Shown: positions 40,225 to 53,048 of the stretch, in pieces
Layout of the letters: each line of letters starts with the position of its first letter
Numbering within the stretch: the first letter of the stretch is position 1
NCBI GenBank assembly: GCA_002633005.1
Contig: NMRA01000082.1
Location: 96,518-160,517, forward strand
From: Phoronis australis
Taxonomy: Eukaryota > Animalia > Phoronida
DNA length: 64,000 nt
Direction of reading: 5' to 3'
Program-made: the position numbers and the translations under genes
Notes under the pieces: model-generated
What the model was told of the DNA's origin: nothing
Databases searched by the model: none
What the model saw: only the letters and a program-made list of their open reading frames with translations

Positions 40225-41229
40225 CTGTAAAACCTTGCTCACTTAATATACGTAGCACATGGCGACGGGTCAAACATAATTTTGCAGCAAAGTACTTTAC
40301 AGCATTGCACGATCCTGCCACGCTATAACGCAGTAATTTTGATACTTAAAGTAAAAACTCAAAAGTTTTGCTTAGTTCCGGAGTAGTAAAAGTGTGACGT
40401 ATTAAGGGCCGAGGATCAGTTATTGTTTCTATGTATTTTCGCAATTTCCCATAATGAGTTAGTTGAGTGTCACCTGGGAGTAATATTTCATTATAGTCCT
40501 TGGTGCCACTATGCAGCTTGTCGATGTAAGCTTTATTAAATTCAAAACACTGAAAACATATCTGTGATTATCCATAAACCTTGAAGCCAAATAAAGCTGT
40601 TTTATAGTGTCAACAACGGCCCTTTTCACAGGCAATTCGTTATTAGATTGGCTGATTACATTTTTAAAGAAATCAGCTTCACCTTTCTTTCTTTCTCTCT
40701 CTCACATCTCTTGATAACAAATTAAACACTTTGTATAACACTTTTATTCGGTTATACTAAATATTTGTGACGAAGTTCCTTACAATAGCACATCTATAGT
40801 TTCGCTTTTATATTTTAGCTTAATCATAAATTTGCGAAGAGTAAGTTCGCATGGCGTAAATGAAACACGATCATGGCCCCTAGTTCTAGAGATGCCACAT
40901 ATGTTCTTCATTTCAGGATTTCGCGTAAGTAAGTCTTGAACCCCCTATTTAGTGTTAAATGGTTTTTGTTCTGTATACATACTTTTGATTCATTAATTTT
41001 TTCATGTAAATGAATGTAAACGAAAATTGAAGTTACGAAAAATTGCACCCAACCTCGGTGAAAATCTGCTTTTATTCAAACAAAGTTAACCGGAGTTTCT
41101 CAAGAACCATTCAAGTTTTCCTTGATTAATTATACATTCCTGATATACAATTTCCTGAGAAACAAATTTGTTTACAAACCAGGGTAAAAACCTGCGTAAA
41201 TAATTCTAACACGAATCCAGGCAACTTAC

Positions 41230-41264
41230 CATTTTGCACGATGGCTACGAGTGTTGCGAAACAT
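41230..41264 (-). CDS. Mucin-sushi membrane protein, possible first coding exon (MFRNTRSHRAK)
   Basis: Strong donor TG|gtaagt at 41229; phase 2 joins in frame to the acceptor at 40224. It could instead be 5' UTR. Confidence 0.45.
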
Positions 41265-41699
41265 ACACCGTGTGAGACGGACAACTTGCACAGCGCGTTA
41301 AGCACGTAATGTTTGTGAGGACCGTGTTTGTTTAAATTGGCCGACAATTCAGATGCGCTTCTTACACAAAACGTCGTCAAATATTTGCTTTTGCCAAGAC
41401 CAGTGTCCATAATAGAAGAACGTAAGTATACTGTGAAAGTTGTCAAAATAAATCCCGCGCGCATGTCACCTAAATTCGGAGCAACAAAAGACGCACACAA
41501 AGAAAACCATTAGGGACTCACTGGCAGAAAGAATATCTTTCGCCGACCTTTTGTAGTTCTGGATTTTTTGCTGACACTCGTACCGTGTTTGTCTTTTATG
41601 ACTGATTGCTGATGTTAAAAGGTTGCGCCCTGCTGCAAGGATTGCAGATTTTTCATGATTTTGTCTGTTGTAGTGAAATAAATTCGTTATTTTTACCAT

Positions 41700-41800
41700 T
41701 TTATTATTATCATCATCGTCATCGTCATTGTCATCATCATCATCGTCATCGTCGTCGTCATCACCATCATCATCGTCGTCGTTGTCGTCATCATCGCCAT
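41700..41800. repeat. (CAT/CGT)n trinucleotide microsatellite
   Basis: catcatcgtcatcgtcattgtcatcatcat... Confidence 0.9.
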
Positions 41801-44413
41801 TGTTTTTGTTACATTAGGTCTTCCAAAATCTCCTCAATGGGACAACTATTTGAATATAAGACGATTAAGATGCATATCATATCTAAATGAATCTGTGTAA
41901 CTCTAATGTGCATTTCATGGCGTCCACTTAAATTATGATCTTGGCCAGACATAGATAAGCACGTGTTAATCTACTAAGTGTAAACACGACAAATTTAGAC
42001 GAATAGATCCGGCTAACATTAATTTTAAAAGTGACCCCCGTCCTTTACATAATTTGTGTAGCTGGTTTTACACGGTTCATAGCGTCGTAAAACTCGATTC
42101 TCTTGTGAGTAAATACAGGACATTACACCTTAAAGAGACAAAACACCTTCCTCTTTAAGCCAAATGCGTAAAATGAAAAACGATTTTGGCTGTAAATTCT
42201 CATGAGACACACGAGAACACAACATGTGATGTTAGTAAAACTAACGATGACCGAGGAATGATTTCCTGCCAAATCGATAGATGGCGCGTACACCTCTTCT
42301 ATGCACAAACACGAATGAAATGAGCACCAACACACACTACAGCCGTCACAATCGGGAAAAGAGGCCCGATGCAAAAAGGTCAATCATTCAGGCTACAAGC
42401 AAGCTATGCTTTATTTCACAGCTGAAGAACGCGGTTTTAGACGCATTACGATGTTCTCCTGTTGAGTGCAACAAGTTGGGCGGATTACCGCTGTATCCAA
42501 TATCTTACACGACTGATTAAGTCCATTCTGGCATTCATGGTCTGCTCTCTTTAGTACAATTGCGCTAATCACCAATAAGATCTTATCTTGCCTGGGCCGT
42601 GTTCTTAAAACTAAAAGTTGATTTATATAATGTTTGAACCTGAACCAATGACATTTCTGAATTCTACGTCAAATGCTAATCATGTTTAGTTTTTGAATCA
42701 CCAAAATCGCCCAACAGCCGAAATCAAGACAATCTATTTTGTCCGAACGTATTACTCCAACGCACTGGGTTTGGCTGTGTTGATACGCGGTCGGTAATAT
42801 GGTGGAACCACTTTACTTTTCATAACGCTTACATCCTTTACATCCTTGGCACAGATACACAATTCTTATATTTGACCTAAGAAGTTGTTTTTAGCAGTAT
42901 ATGCTATTTCAATAAATATATTACGGCTCATATGTCAGTTTTATTTTGTTACGCGCATTAAAACATGGTCACAAAGCTAAGGTCACGCGGTTCCTGTATG
43001 CCCCGATTTTTGCGCGTAGTTGGCCTTATGACTCCAAAGGGTGTTCACTTTTAACTGAAGCATATGTCTAGGATAATAAACGAACCGTATTTTTACTAAA
43101 ATGGCTCGAAAAAGGCTGCCTTCCCCTTTAATGATTCAGTTTTCCGGAGTCGATAGGTATACAAACATTTTTAGTACACATGCTTCCTCAAATTAAGTTT
43201 TAACAACGGAATCTGAAATTCTGACAATTTTAAAAGTGGCCTCAGAAGTCTGCTGTAATTAAACAAGGTCGATCGTTTGAGTTTTTGCAAAATGGAACTC
43301 AAACAAGATTTTGAAGAGTTAAGAAAAATGAATTGCTTGTATGTAAATTTTAAAAACACCAAGAACTTTATTGTGATAATAACGCAGGCGTTCCCGTTCA
43401 TAGGATCAGCTACGCCGAGTGTGCGGCTTTTAATGAAACGGGCGCCTGAGATCCGTTCCTCAGTAAAACGTACGTTTTGGGGTAAATCCAGAACCAGTGA
43501 TCCTCAAACGCCGCAAGTTGAAACTTCTGCCAAAACGAGCAGGTGGAGCGGTTTTACTCAACAAACCAGCTCGAGAGCGCCTCGACTTCTCGGAGTAATA
43601 ATGCATGCTGGAGTCCACTCCAAGATCAAGCTAAATCTGCCATGGAACAAGTCCCAATGCCGATAAAATGCTAGGTTGAGTAACACTGTGAAGCCTGGTA
43701 CCGGCCTGCATCTTGTCATACCAGACAAAGACTATGCTGGGCAGTTAACAAAGGGGACAAATGTTATCACAAGTCCACAACGGCGCTGTATCTGGTAAAG
43801 TCACTCAGAACGCGAGAGGGCCCTAATGGGACAAACCGGTGTCAGCTCTTTCTTTGGACATCCTGGTAAAATAGGCGTACTAAGTGGTGGTCGAGGAGCG
43901 ACTGTCCCTAAAAAAAAAATTTCGAGTGTTAGCAAGTAACGATCAATAACAAACAACTAATTATAAAAAGTTTCGGCTCGCAACTAAAATATAAGTGAAA
44001 ATTGGTTCTTAAATAAATCATTGTTAGGTTTGAAAGTGGACGAACCCAGTATCGTGCTTTGCCAATTTTTATGTTGCAGTTTAGGTGGACTATGGCATTA
44101 GAATTTTGAAGAAATTTGAGATGGAATTTTCCATTTTTAAGATGCCATTGCAAGGTGTTTCAGGTATTGTCATAATACTCAAAACTCTTAATTGGAAAAC
44201 ATGCATTTACAGTTTGCTTGTTAAGTGAATGTACACAATTTAACTAATGAATCTATGTCTACCGTAATCTGTGTCCATTTTTCTTGACAAAAGGGGTGTT
44301 ATTGATTCAGAGGATGACTGTAAATATCCTTTGTGAAATTGTTTACAGAGCCCTAAAGCTATGTCCTAAATAATTCATAAATCTGGATGAAGTTCATGCA
44401 TTGAAGGAGACGT

Positions 44414-44453
44414 AGAAGAAGACGTAATAATAATGATAATAATAATAATAACC

Positions 44454-44485
<32 letters not shown>

Positions 44486-44542
44486 CATAATATTAATAAC
44501 AACAATAATAAGAAGAAGAACAAGAAGAAGAAGAAAAAGAAG
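44414..44542. repeat. Compound (TAA)n/(GAA)n microsatellite
   Basis: taataataatgataataataat...agaagaagaacaagaagaagaag. Confidence 0.9.
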
Positions 44543-45472
44543 CTGTTGAGTATATAGGCCAAAACTGTTCACCTTTCTGGAAATTCTCTCTCAACTTATG
44601 CTTAAGCCTATTAATGCTTGAATGATAAAATAGAATTGAGGTCATACATTAAGTGAACGGTAATTGGTGTCCCATTTTTCTTGATAAAGAGCGTGGTATT
44701 GATTCAGAGGGCGAATGTAAATATCCTTTGTGTTTGCAACACAGTTTTTGGAGCACAGTTTTGTCTCAGCCAACTAGCAAGCAGTCAGTAATGTTTTTCA
44801 ATAGATTTTCAAACTATAGGGTCTGCCCAACGTGATTGATTTGGTTATTGACCAGTGCCTTTTTTAAGATGCCGGTAATGTCGTGATTAATTGTCAGAAA
44901 TTTAGAGACCGGTCTCACATGTAACATCTCCCTAATGTGCATAGTTGCGGAGGCTCAGCTTCAACTTCAAGCAAAATAAAAACAAAACTTTTAACGTTTT
45001 AACTCGCCAAACTACAGCATGTGTGGTGTACCCGGGCATAGAATATTCTCCGAAAAATGATTTTGAAATGTGTTTTTGTAGGCACCTCTGCAGAAATACA
45101 AGGTCCTTAAAATTTCATAAATTATTGCAAGTTGCTTAGATAATTGTCATAAATTATATCTAAACTGTGACTGCCAGCAATTACATGGCAAAAACGTTAT
45201 TTCGTAATTGCGAAGTGGGTGCACAAGTGGCGGGGGTAAAGGTGCCATGCCTCCCCCCCCCCCAAAAAAAAAACTCAGCCAGATTCCATTTTGTAGTCCG
45301 GAGATGCGAATGTCTGACGGGCAAAATCCTGGCTAATACTCTTCCCTGCGTACTCCATGTACCAGACATGTGCAGGCCGCTCATGTGGGCATGTTGTACA
45401 GATTACCTAGAACAATTTTGCATACTTTGTTAACGAACTGAGGAGTTAGAGACGTAACTTGAGGGTCTAGCA

Positions 45473-45515
45473 GTGTGCCCCAGTTGGACTCGAACCCACG
45501 ACCTTAAGCAAAGGA
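45473..45515 (-). mobile_element. tRNA-derived SINE-like remnant (B box only)
   Basis: The - strand reads ggtcgtgggttcgagtccaactggggcacac. Confidence 0.4.
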
Positions 45516-46302
45516 AGTGGACCCCCACTAGGTCTCAACGCCTCCTCTCCTAAATCTTAAAAGTCACTTTCATGAAACAGACATGTTACATATTCTGCTT
45601 TCTTCTACCATTCATTCACCACAGATTAACAACTAGTCTGTGATTTTATGTCCATATCTAGAGCATATCATTGTTCCTTGTACAAAATATAGTTTCCATT
45701 TGTTGGGGTGTTTAACCAGTGTTGTAAATAAAGTTATCCGTGTAGTCCTCACTCATCACGTAAGCGTTGATTGCATTTTGTATTGCATCATAATTGCATT
45801 GCATATTTTTATGCAAAAGCAAAACCATCTGTTAAAACAGCAGACGAACTGGGATTGTTAAAGATACGAGTCAACTACGCCACAGTGGCGTTGCTTTATT
45901 TCACAATGTAATCTAACTTTGTTGCAAAGTATAATCTGACAAATTTGAATTGTTCTTTGTTTTATTTCAGAGTATTCTTCCTGTGTATTGAAGTTGTCAT
46001 TATTTTTGTTGTTGTTAGTTTTTCTTTACAAATTAATTACCAGCCATTATTGATAACAAGAAATGCAATTACTTATAATCGAATAACGTATGCAATTACT
46101 TGTAATTGATTATTGACAAAGTGATAATAACAGTCTGCGTCCTGTACCTAGTACAGCTACGAGCCTAGCACTTTTTGTGAGACAAGTGTCTCTTTATGGT
46201 CTCTAGTGGTTTGAGTTACCCAAAACTAATGTCTGGCCGAAACGTTTGCTTTTCCGCTAGCTCTTTTGTCATTGAAGCTGTTAGCGTTTTCGCCATGTGA
46301 GC

Positions 46303-46440
46303 CATAGACGGCAGTACACGGACCGCCAACTCCGTGCACTTTCAATGGACGAAATCTGTGGTCTTACACTAGCGACACCTGACCAAATTATCTGGTATTA
46401 TTTCCGACAAGTACGTCGCCTGCCACAGACGGCCTCTGTG
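46303..46440 (+). mobile_element. Short CATAGAC-terminated repeat, homologous to 33151-33287
   Basis: catagac..gtacacggaccgccaactccgtgcactttcaatggacgaaatctgtg..gcgacacctg..aaattatctggt..caagtacg is shared with 33151-33287. Confidence 0.7.
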
Positions 46441-49400
46441 CCTGCTAATCGTGGTCGGCTGTTGTGTGGTCGGGCGGTAGTAGCATTGCTAAAAGTACTC
46501 ATGATACCAACAGTTCCACTAATGGAATACTTTGAACAGTGTTTCAATGCCGAAATTATTATTATTTTTTTTTTTTGGTAGCACTGGACAGTAAAATAGA
46601 TGCGACAATTTCCCGCAGCAATACACTACCGGTAACCGGTAACTGGAGCAGATAATTTAGGAGAGTGGTGCCTCCTCTAGGATAGTACACAACAAAATGT
46701 CGGAGTTGCGAATTTGTTGTCCATAATGTATGTGAGAACCTTGAACGAAGCGTTGTAAATGACGTGTTCATTAACTTGTGTGTCCTTCATATTCTTTTAC
46801 AGCCCTTTCATTTTTAAGCAGAACGGCACGTGTAAGACATCCATAGTGAGACAGAAACGACAAAAATATTTTATAATAGTACTAAAAAACTCACAATTAT
46901 GGGTAATGCAAATTTAATACAAATGAATAAAAGCCCACATGAAACCAATTTGCCAAATTTTCAAATAAAGAAATTCTTGAAAGGCGGATTTTCCCAACTT
47001 TTTCTTTCCTCGTCAACTGCTTTTGTTCAGTTACACGTAACACCACCGATCCCCTCCCCCCCCCCCAGAAGTTACGGCCTGATAACAGCAGCAATAAAAT
47101 TGAAATGGCTTGTCGTTAGCAAAGGCTCGGCAGTAAAATTGTGCGTTGAATTCTGTACTGCAGTAATCGGCAGTGTGGCCTGCTCCTTGTCTGACCAAAA
47201 CACATAACTAGTGACTTATAATAAAAAGCTAAGTCAGCTAATTTATAAAAATATAAATTTCCGACAGGTCCACGATACACTTGCGACTAGTCGTCGGGAA
47301 ATTCATGGCCTGTGCACTAGCTCTTAGAAAAAATGCAATACAATTGATACTATACAAAACAATACAACACAGCTCGAAACATAATGTTAATTAACGAATG
47401 TCCTTGTTTCGTGGCAGTAAAGCGAGACGTTGAAGGGCTGGAAACCGGGCATGGCAATTGAAAAGGATGGCTGGACCCAGACGCTGTTTGGCTGCCATTG
47501 TTGAAATCTTAACCGAACCACTTAGGGATTGAAAAAATTTCCACGATTTTCCGAACTTGCTGGTGATGTAAAGACACAGAATAGAACTCTAAAACATTCT
47601 GTGGACACGGGCATGCCCATTTTCGAATTTGCGAGCTGTCCAACTGTTTTCATGAGTGCAGTTGATTGATAAGGGAACTCAAGTATTATCGCAGGAAACA
47701 GACGTTAATTAAATAAGGAATTTACAAAAAACAAAAATGAGCTGACGTGACTGGTGGAGGGAAGTTTATGTTTGCTGGTCTCGAATTGTGCTTGTGCGCG
47801 TGAATGCTTGTAGCGCATGCGTGTGTGTGAATGTGTCCTTCATTTGTATACATTGGTGCTATACTGTTTTTAAAAAGTAGAAACCCCGTAACTGTAATGT
47901 CATTGCCCATAATGTTTCTAACATACATATTGTTTGTCCTCATGTGGCGAACTGCACGCTTGTACACTATCTATTCGACAGTCTGTATCGTGCCATTGAA
48001 GAGGTGTGGAACGCGAAAGCTCGTCAAAAATATATTTTGAACAATTCCTGACGAAAGTACCAAGTCGCAACGTCTGGTCCTGAGTAATTCCGATCCCCCA
48101 GTGAGGAAATGTCCAGAAAAAATCACAAAGTTCACGATTTTTGAAATACGTCACAAGGGAAAACTCTGGTTACCATAGAGTTTCTAATTTCCCCCTCACT
48201 TAACATAAATGCGCGCATGCGCTCACAGTCATTTGCTTGAGCTTGCATGACGTCAAAGGTCACATATCAGGGAACTGTACCATGTCAAATATGTGCTTTG
48301 CCTGGTGGGAGAAAATCGACGAAGTGGCAAGCAGTTGACAGATCGTTTTTTTTTTAAATTTGAAATTAAAAGAAAATGCTTTGATATCAAAAGAAATAAA
48401 AAATCTTTACGAACAAACCTTAAAGTACCCGGTGAACAGGTTGAATTCTGTTTCAGTGGCGGAGAACCACTTTCAATGTTGCAATTTAGAATTTTTATCG
48501 CGTTTCAGACCTCTTCAGTGTGCTGCTCGAAACGTGGGAATATTTTAATTTATTTTGATAGATTTTAACTGACTTTCGTCTTTTTGCTACTCACTATTTT
48601 TACGTAACTGTAATGCTATGTGGCCAATTTTATGAGCTTAAAAACAATTTAATGCACTTTTCGCAATTTGTCAGCTAAATAATGTGGAAACGCAGTTTTA
48701 AATAATACATTGTGAATTACAAGTACTTGACTTATTAATATTTTGAGTGGTATGAGACATACCGTAAGGTCTGTAGATTTCGTCTCACGTTCCTTGAAAT
48801 AATCCATTTGTTAATTTAGAGAGGAATTTTAAACATGGCAAATGATGACAACGTTTTATTTTGTTAAGGGCAATTTTGGGAGGGGCGCTGAGTTTAATAT
48901 GTTTCAGAACCGTCTCATGGTGATGAACGGAATTAAAAATGATTTTTGATCAGAAAGTATCACCAAATAAGAATAAAAAACAAGTTTTGTTTCTTTGTGT
49001 GTCGAGTGCGAGCAAAAACTGATGACTTGCTACCGTTCACAAAGCGAGGTAGTCTGTGTTTTGAAAATTGTGGAACGGCGACTACTGTTTTTTGAGAACA
49101 CTCTGACCTGTGTTCTTTTCGTGAATTGGAATATGAAAAGTTGGAACATCGGCTTTACTAGTATAAAAAATCTTTCCGTTAAAAATATAAACCCGTGTGT
49201 TCGTCAGAAACAATGTAATTATCCATGTTACTAAAAGCGGAGTACATTTTGGGAAATTATCAGAAAGAAAATACAAGGTTTTAAATTGGCGTTTACTAGT
49301 ACGCAAAAAATATGAGAAATGGTAACATGAAGGAATGCAATGAACACTGGAAAAGTTCTCTCTTGCCTTCTGTGGCGCTCACGATGAGTATTTCTGTGTG

Positions 49401-50087
49401 TGTGGATAATTTTTCCTTTTTTGTGTTTATTGTATACACGCTTTGCTTCATTTAATAAAAATAAAAAGAAATCTTGCGAAAGGAATAAAATTGAACTAAT
49501 AGCGTCAACACAGAGGACTCTGTAGTACATGCACTTCAATCACCACCAAGAGCAGATGTTGCCATCGGGTGATATTCAATCAGCATTGATATTATATGTC
49601 AAACACCATTTTGATCCATAACTGCGAAATAGACAAACCAGTATATCATCTTAGCAACCGATGGCTACCGCAGTCATAATTTTTTTAGGGAGATAAATTT
49701 GTAATGGTGCAAAAGATAGCTCTTTTGTACACGAATGTATAATTATCCGATTCCCTCAACACGCTCAACAATCTTGTACATACACAATTTTCTCAAATGG
49801 AGATGCACATTTAACTTCAAAAACATGGCAGTATTACAAGTTTATTGAAATAAACAACATAAGCACTTATCAGTCACCAGTCGGAAGTACTTATCATCAA
49901 ACACCCAAATATTGGTTCAGGTTACACCCTATCTACACAATAACGAAAAAACACGAGAGTAACATTTCAACAAACACATCATATTGCGCAGACAAAAGAT
50001 ATTCTAGTCAAAAAATATCACCGTACTTATGAAACATGTACATCTACACATCTTGCAGAAACACGCGTTACTCAGTATTACTTGACA

Positions 50088-52070
50088 TTATTCCTCCAAG
50101 TACTGGAATGTCTTCACCACACCTGTATAATATTCCACTACAGACACATGGCCCGGGGCCGGGAGACATATTCCAGTTGGATAATTTACACCATCAGGGG
50201 GCACGATCACGTGTGCACCTGCGTTGTTGTATAAAATCACCTGATTTTTGTGACCGTCTGCCACCAAAATCTGATCGTGTGCGTCCACACAAACACCGCG
50301 TGGCCAATTACTCAGATGATGGCTCAGTGTGGCTAAAAGCACCGTCCGTGTGTGGTCAATTACAAGTACACGACCGGGAAGCCAATGACTGACCACCAAA
50401 TGACCACGGTTATCCATGCACACATGTTGTGGTGTGAAGTCACTTAGCCCTAGGGCGGGGCCGTCCATCTGGTGGTGAATATTACAGTCAAAGTCTGTAA
50501 TAATCACCCGCCCCCCTTGTGTATCACTCACAATCAGCCGGTCACCGTGACATGTAATAAACCCCTCTTGTTCATATACATTAGGACAGATCTTCATCAC
50601 ATGACCATCGGCATCATACCTAACAACACCCTTGATGCCGTCGTCCGTGATGAAGATCTCTCCATCACTGTTACATGTCACGTCACCTGGCACCTGCACT
50701 TTGTGACGAGTTTGGTGTAATTTCAGCTTTAGTTTAAAGTCGTGTTTATGCCTACTAAACACTTTCACATTCTTGTTCTCCAAGTCTGTTACAACAAACC
50801 TCCCATCATGAACTGCCAGTCCAAAACATCCGGACTCCGTCTCCCTCTTACCCCGGCTGATAAAACTACCAACACTACCTGCAGGTTCTTTAACAGTCGG
50901 TGGTGGACTGACAAGCTGAACGGGTGATTTGGATGAAAGATGAAGTTGTGACACTTTCGAGTCCATTAGTTTTGATTCCACAGTAGCTCCAGTATCAACA
51001 GACACGTCAGGTACTGACAGCTCACATGGTACAAAGCTAAGTACATGTTTGTCAGCATTAAGTTCAAACTGATAGATATTTAACGATGCCAGAGTGTCAG
51101 CGACATCCTCGAACTGTAGAGTTGATTCAGCAGGATGCGCTCTTTCGATCAGTCTCTTGGCGTATCTCAATGTACTCATCAGAGACAGTCGAGTGTGTTC
51201 AGCCGCTTCGTAAGCTGCTTGAGTTTGCTTTTGGGTCAACTCGAACTTCTCAGTCAGTTTAGTGATCGCTTCACTTCTCTTAGTTTCCAGCGCATCATCA
51301 ACTTTCTTCTTAAAATCATCAAAAATTTTGCCAAGCTCTTCAAGCTTTCGTGCTAACAGTTCTTGGTTCAGTTCCTCACGAATATTCTTGCGTTCATCTG
51401 ATAAAGCCTTCAGGTGATCCATTGCGTCTATCCAAGGCTCTATTAAACCTGTGAGCACCTCGATTGCTTTCTGTGAAGCTTCTTCAATATTTTTCATCTT
51501 ATGCCGATCGTGGTCGAGTGCGTTACACATGAAACACACGGGTGTTTTGCATAGTTCACAGTAAAGTTCAAGCAACCTGTTAGGGTGTTTCGGGCAACAC
51601 ACTGCTTGGTGTTCTCGTATCTCCTCAAAGTGCATGCCAGCTGCGACTTCCTCCAAACTGACCACTTTGTGAGTTAAAGTGATACCAGTCTGACAGTGAA
51701 CGTCTGCACACTTTTTACACAAGTGGTGAGCGCATTGTATACACATAAGATCTGCTCCCACTGTGGATCCCTTTTTGTTACATACAAAACAGAAGACATT
51801 GGTAGCTTTGGGAATGCAATCGTTCATGTTGTTAATGAAATGATTGAAGGCAAAACCAGCAGCACCATCTTCCGGTATGTCAAAAACTCGATTGCACCGA
51901 GGACATGAAAACTTGCCGCCTTTGCCTCGTTTGTCAATAAATGTTTGTAAGCAGTCATGGCAGAACGTGTGAATACACGGCAGGTGGCGCGGTATTTTCG
52001 GTCTCTCTAAACATATCGGGCATATTAATAGCCTTCGAATGTCGTCTGCATCCTTGGAGCTGATTGCCAT
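50088..52070 (-). CDS. TRIM-NHL family E3 ubiquitin ligase (RING, two B-boxes, coiled coil, NHL-like repeats; TRIM2/3/56/71-like), single coding exon
   Basis: 660 aa ORF: C3HC4 RING CPIC..PCIHTFCHDC..CPRC, B-box1 CFVC..CIQC..C..C..H..H, B-box2 CPKH..YCELC..C..C..H..H, helical E/K-rich region, and NHL-type motifs (PGDVTCNSDGEIFITD, WPRGVCVDAHDQILVAD, YPTGI). Splice acceptor just upstream (exon start 52089); AATAAA on the - strand at 49841-49846. Confidence 0.95.
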   Translation of the reverse strand: MAISSKDADDIRRLLICPICLERPKIPRHLPCIHTFCHDCLQTFIDKRGKGGKFSCPRCNRVFDIPEDGAAGFAFNHFINNMNDCIPKATNVFCFVCNKKGSTVGADLMCIQCAHHLCKKCADVHCQTGITLTHKVVSLEEVAAGMHFEEIREHQAVCCPKHPNRLLELYCELCKTPVCFMCNALDHDRHKMKNIEEASQKAIEVLTGLIEPWIDAMDHLKALSDERKNIREELNQELLARKLEELGKIFDDFKKKVDDALETKRSEAITKLTEKFELTQKQTQAAYEAAEHTRLSLMSTLRYAKRLIERAHPAESTLQFEDVADTLASLNIYQFELNADKHVLSFVPCELSVPDVSVDTGATVESKLMDSKVSQLHLSSKSPVQLVSPPPTVKEPAGSVGSFISRGKRETESGCFGLAVHDGRFVVTDLENKNVKVFSRHKHDFKLKLKLHQTRHKVQVPGDVTCNSDGEIFITDDGIKGVVRYDADGHVMKICPNVYEQEGFITCHGDRLIVSDTQGGRVIITDFDCNIHHQMDGPALGLSDFTPQHVCMDNRGHLVVSHWLPGRVLVIDHTRTVLLATLSHHLSNWPRGVCVDAHDQILVADGHKNQVILYNNAGAHVIVPPDGVNYPTGICLPAPGHVSVVEYYTGVVKTFQYLEE

Positions 52071-53048
52071 ATTCTCGTCACTTGCTGACCTGAAGATGCA
52101 ATTTCACTATTAATGTTTCATCAAGTGAGCCACGCAATGAATTGAGAACCTCCTACAAATACTGGTGTTACATTTAGCATTTTTCAAATTTCCGCGACCG
52201 AAAGTTAAATTTACAACATTAAGAGCCTCCATCAATATCAGCCACTCAGAGAGAAACCAAAGTGCACACGTTTGAAAAATGCCTCATGGCATAGTACCAG
52301 GGGCCTCAAACCTCAACCCTTACAACGTGTACACCTTCAAAACATGACAGTTCTAAAAACTTGACCCTAATAACAGTTGGAGATCAGCAATTGCAGTTAT
52401 CTTCACAGCGCATGCGCGAGCTAGCTCATTCGTGTAACCAAAGACTATAGTCTATAATCTATGGTGTAACCATACAGGTCGTCCTCTTCAAATATACGAA
52501 ATGGAGATGCTATGCCAACTTCTACCGCCAATCACCACACTTCGTTACAAGCCAATTTAACAAAGGTCAAAACTGTTTGTATGGTTTACTAATTGGCATG
52601 ACAGCAAACCCAATAATATTTTTCTTTATTTTCTTTTTTCCGAAAAAATTGGCAGAATAATTGATAGTTCCATGCTGTGAATATCAGCGATTTTTAGGAA
52701 TCAATGTCGTTAGTTTTTTGCACAACTGGTAAGTAACATGGTTTAATATCGATCGAAAGCTGTCAACAGACCAATACGAAGAAATCGATTTCAATCACCA
52801 ATCAACCTATTGGCCCAGTATCCTATCACGTTGCAGCTGTGACGCCACATTCATCCAAGGTCCTACTTTATTCATATTCTAACACCGTCTAGTCACGTGA
52901 CATCATCTCATGAATTATGTAGTGACTGCAATAGCAGCTGAGGCATTGTTACTTGTGCTACGGCATGCCGTTACTAAGACCTATTGTTCGCATGAAAAGT
53001 ATCTGTTTTGACTACATCAAAAAAACTTTTACGTATGGAAAACGAAAC

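Noticed and set aside
39826-40230. Val-rich 134 aa + strand ORF
   Set aside because: It is the antisense shadow of the Thr-rich mucin exon.
41606-41890. His/Arg-rich 94 aa ORF as a metal-binding peptide
   Set aside because: It is simply the translation of a (CAT/CGT)n microsatellite.
44359-44572. Poly-Leu/Ile hydrophobic ORFs as membrane peptides
   Set aside because: They are translations of the (TAA)n/(GAA)n microsatellite.
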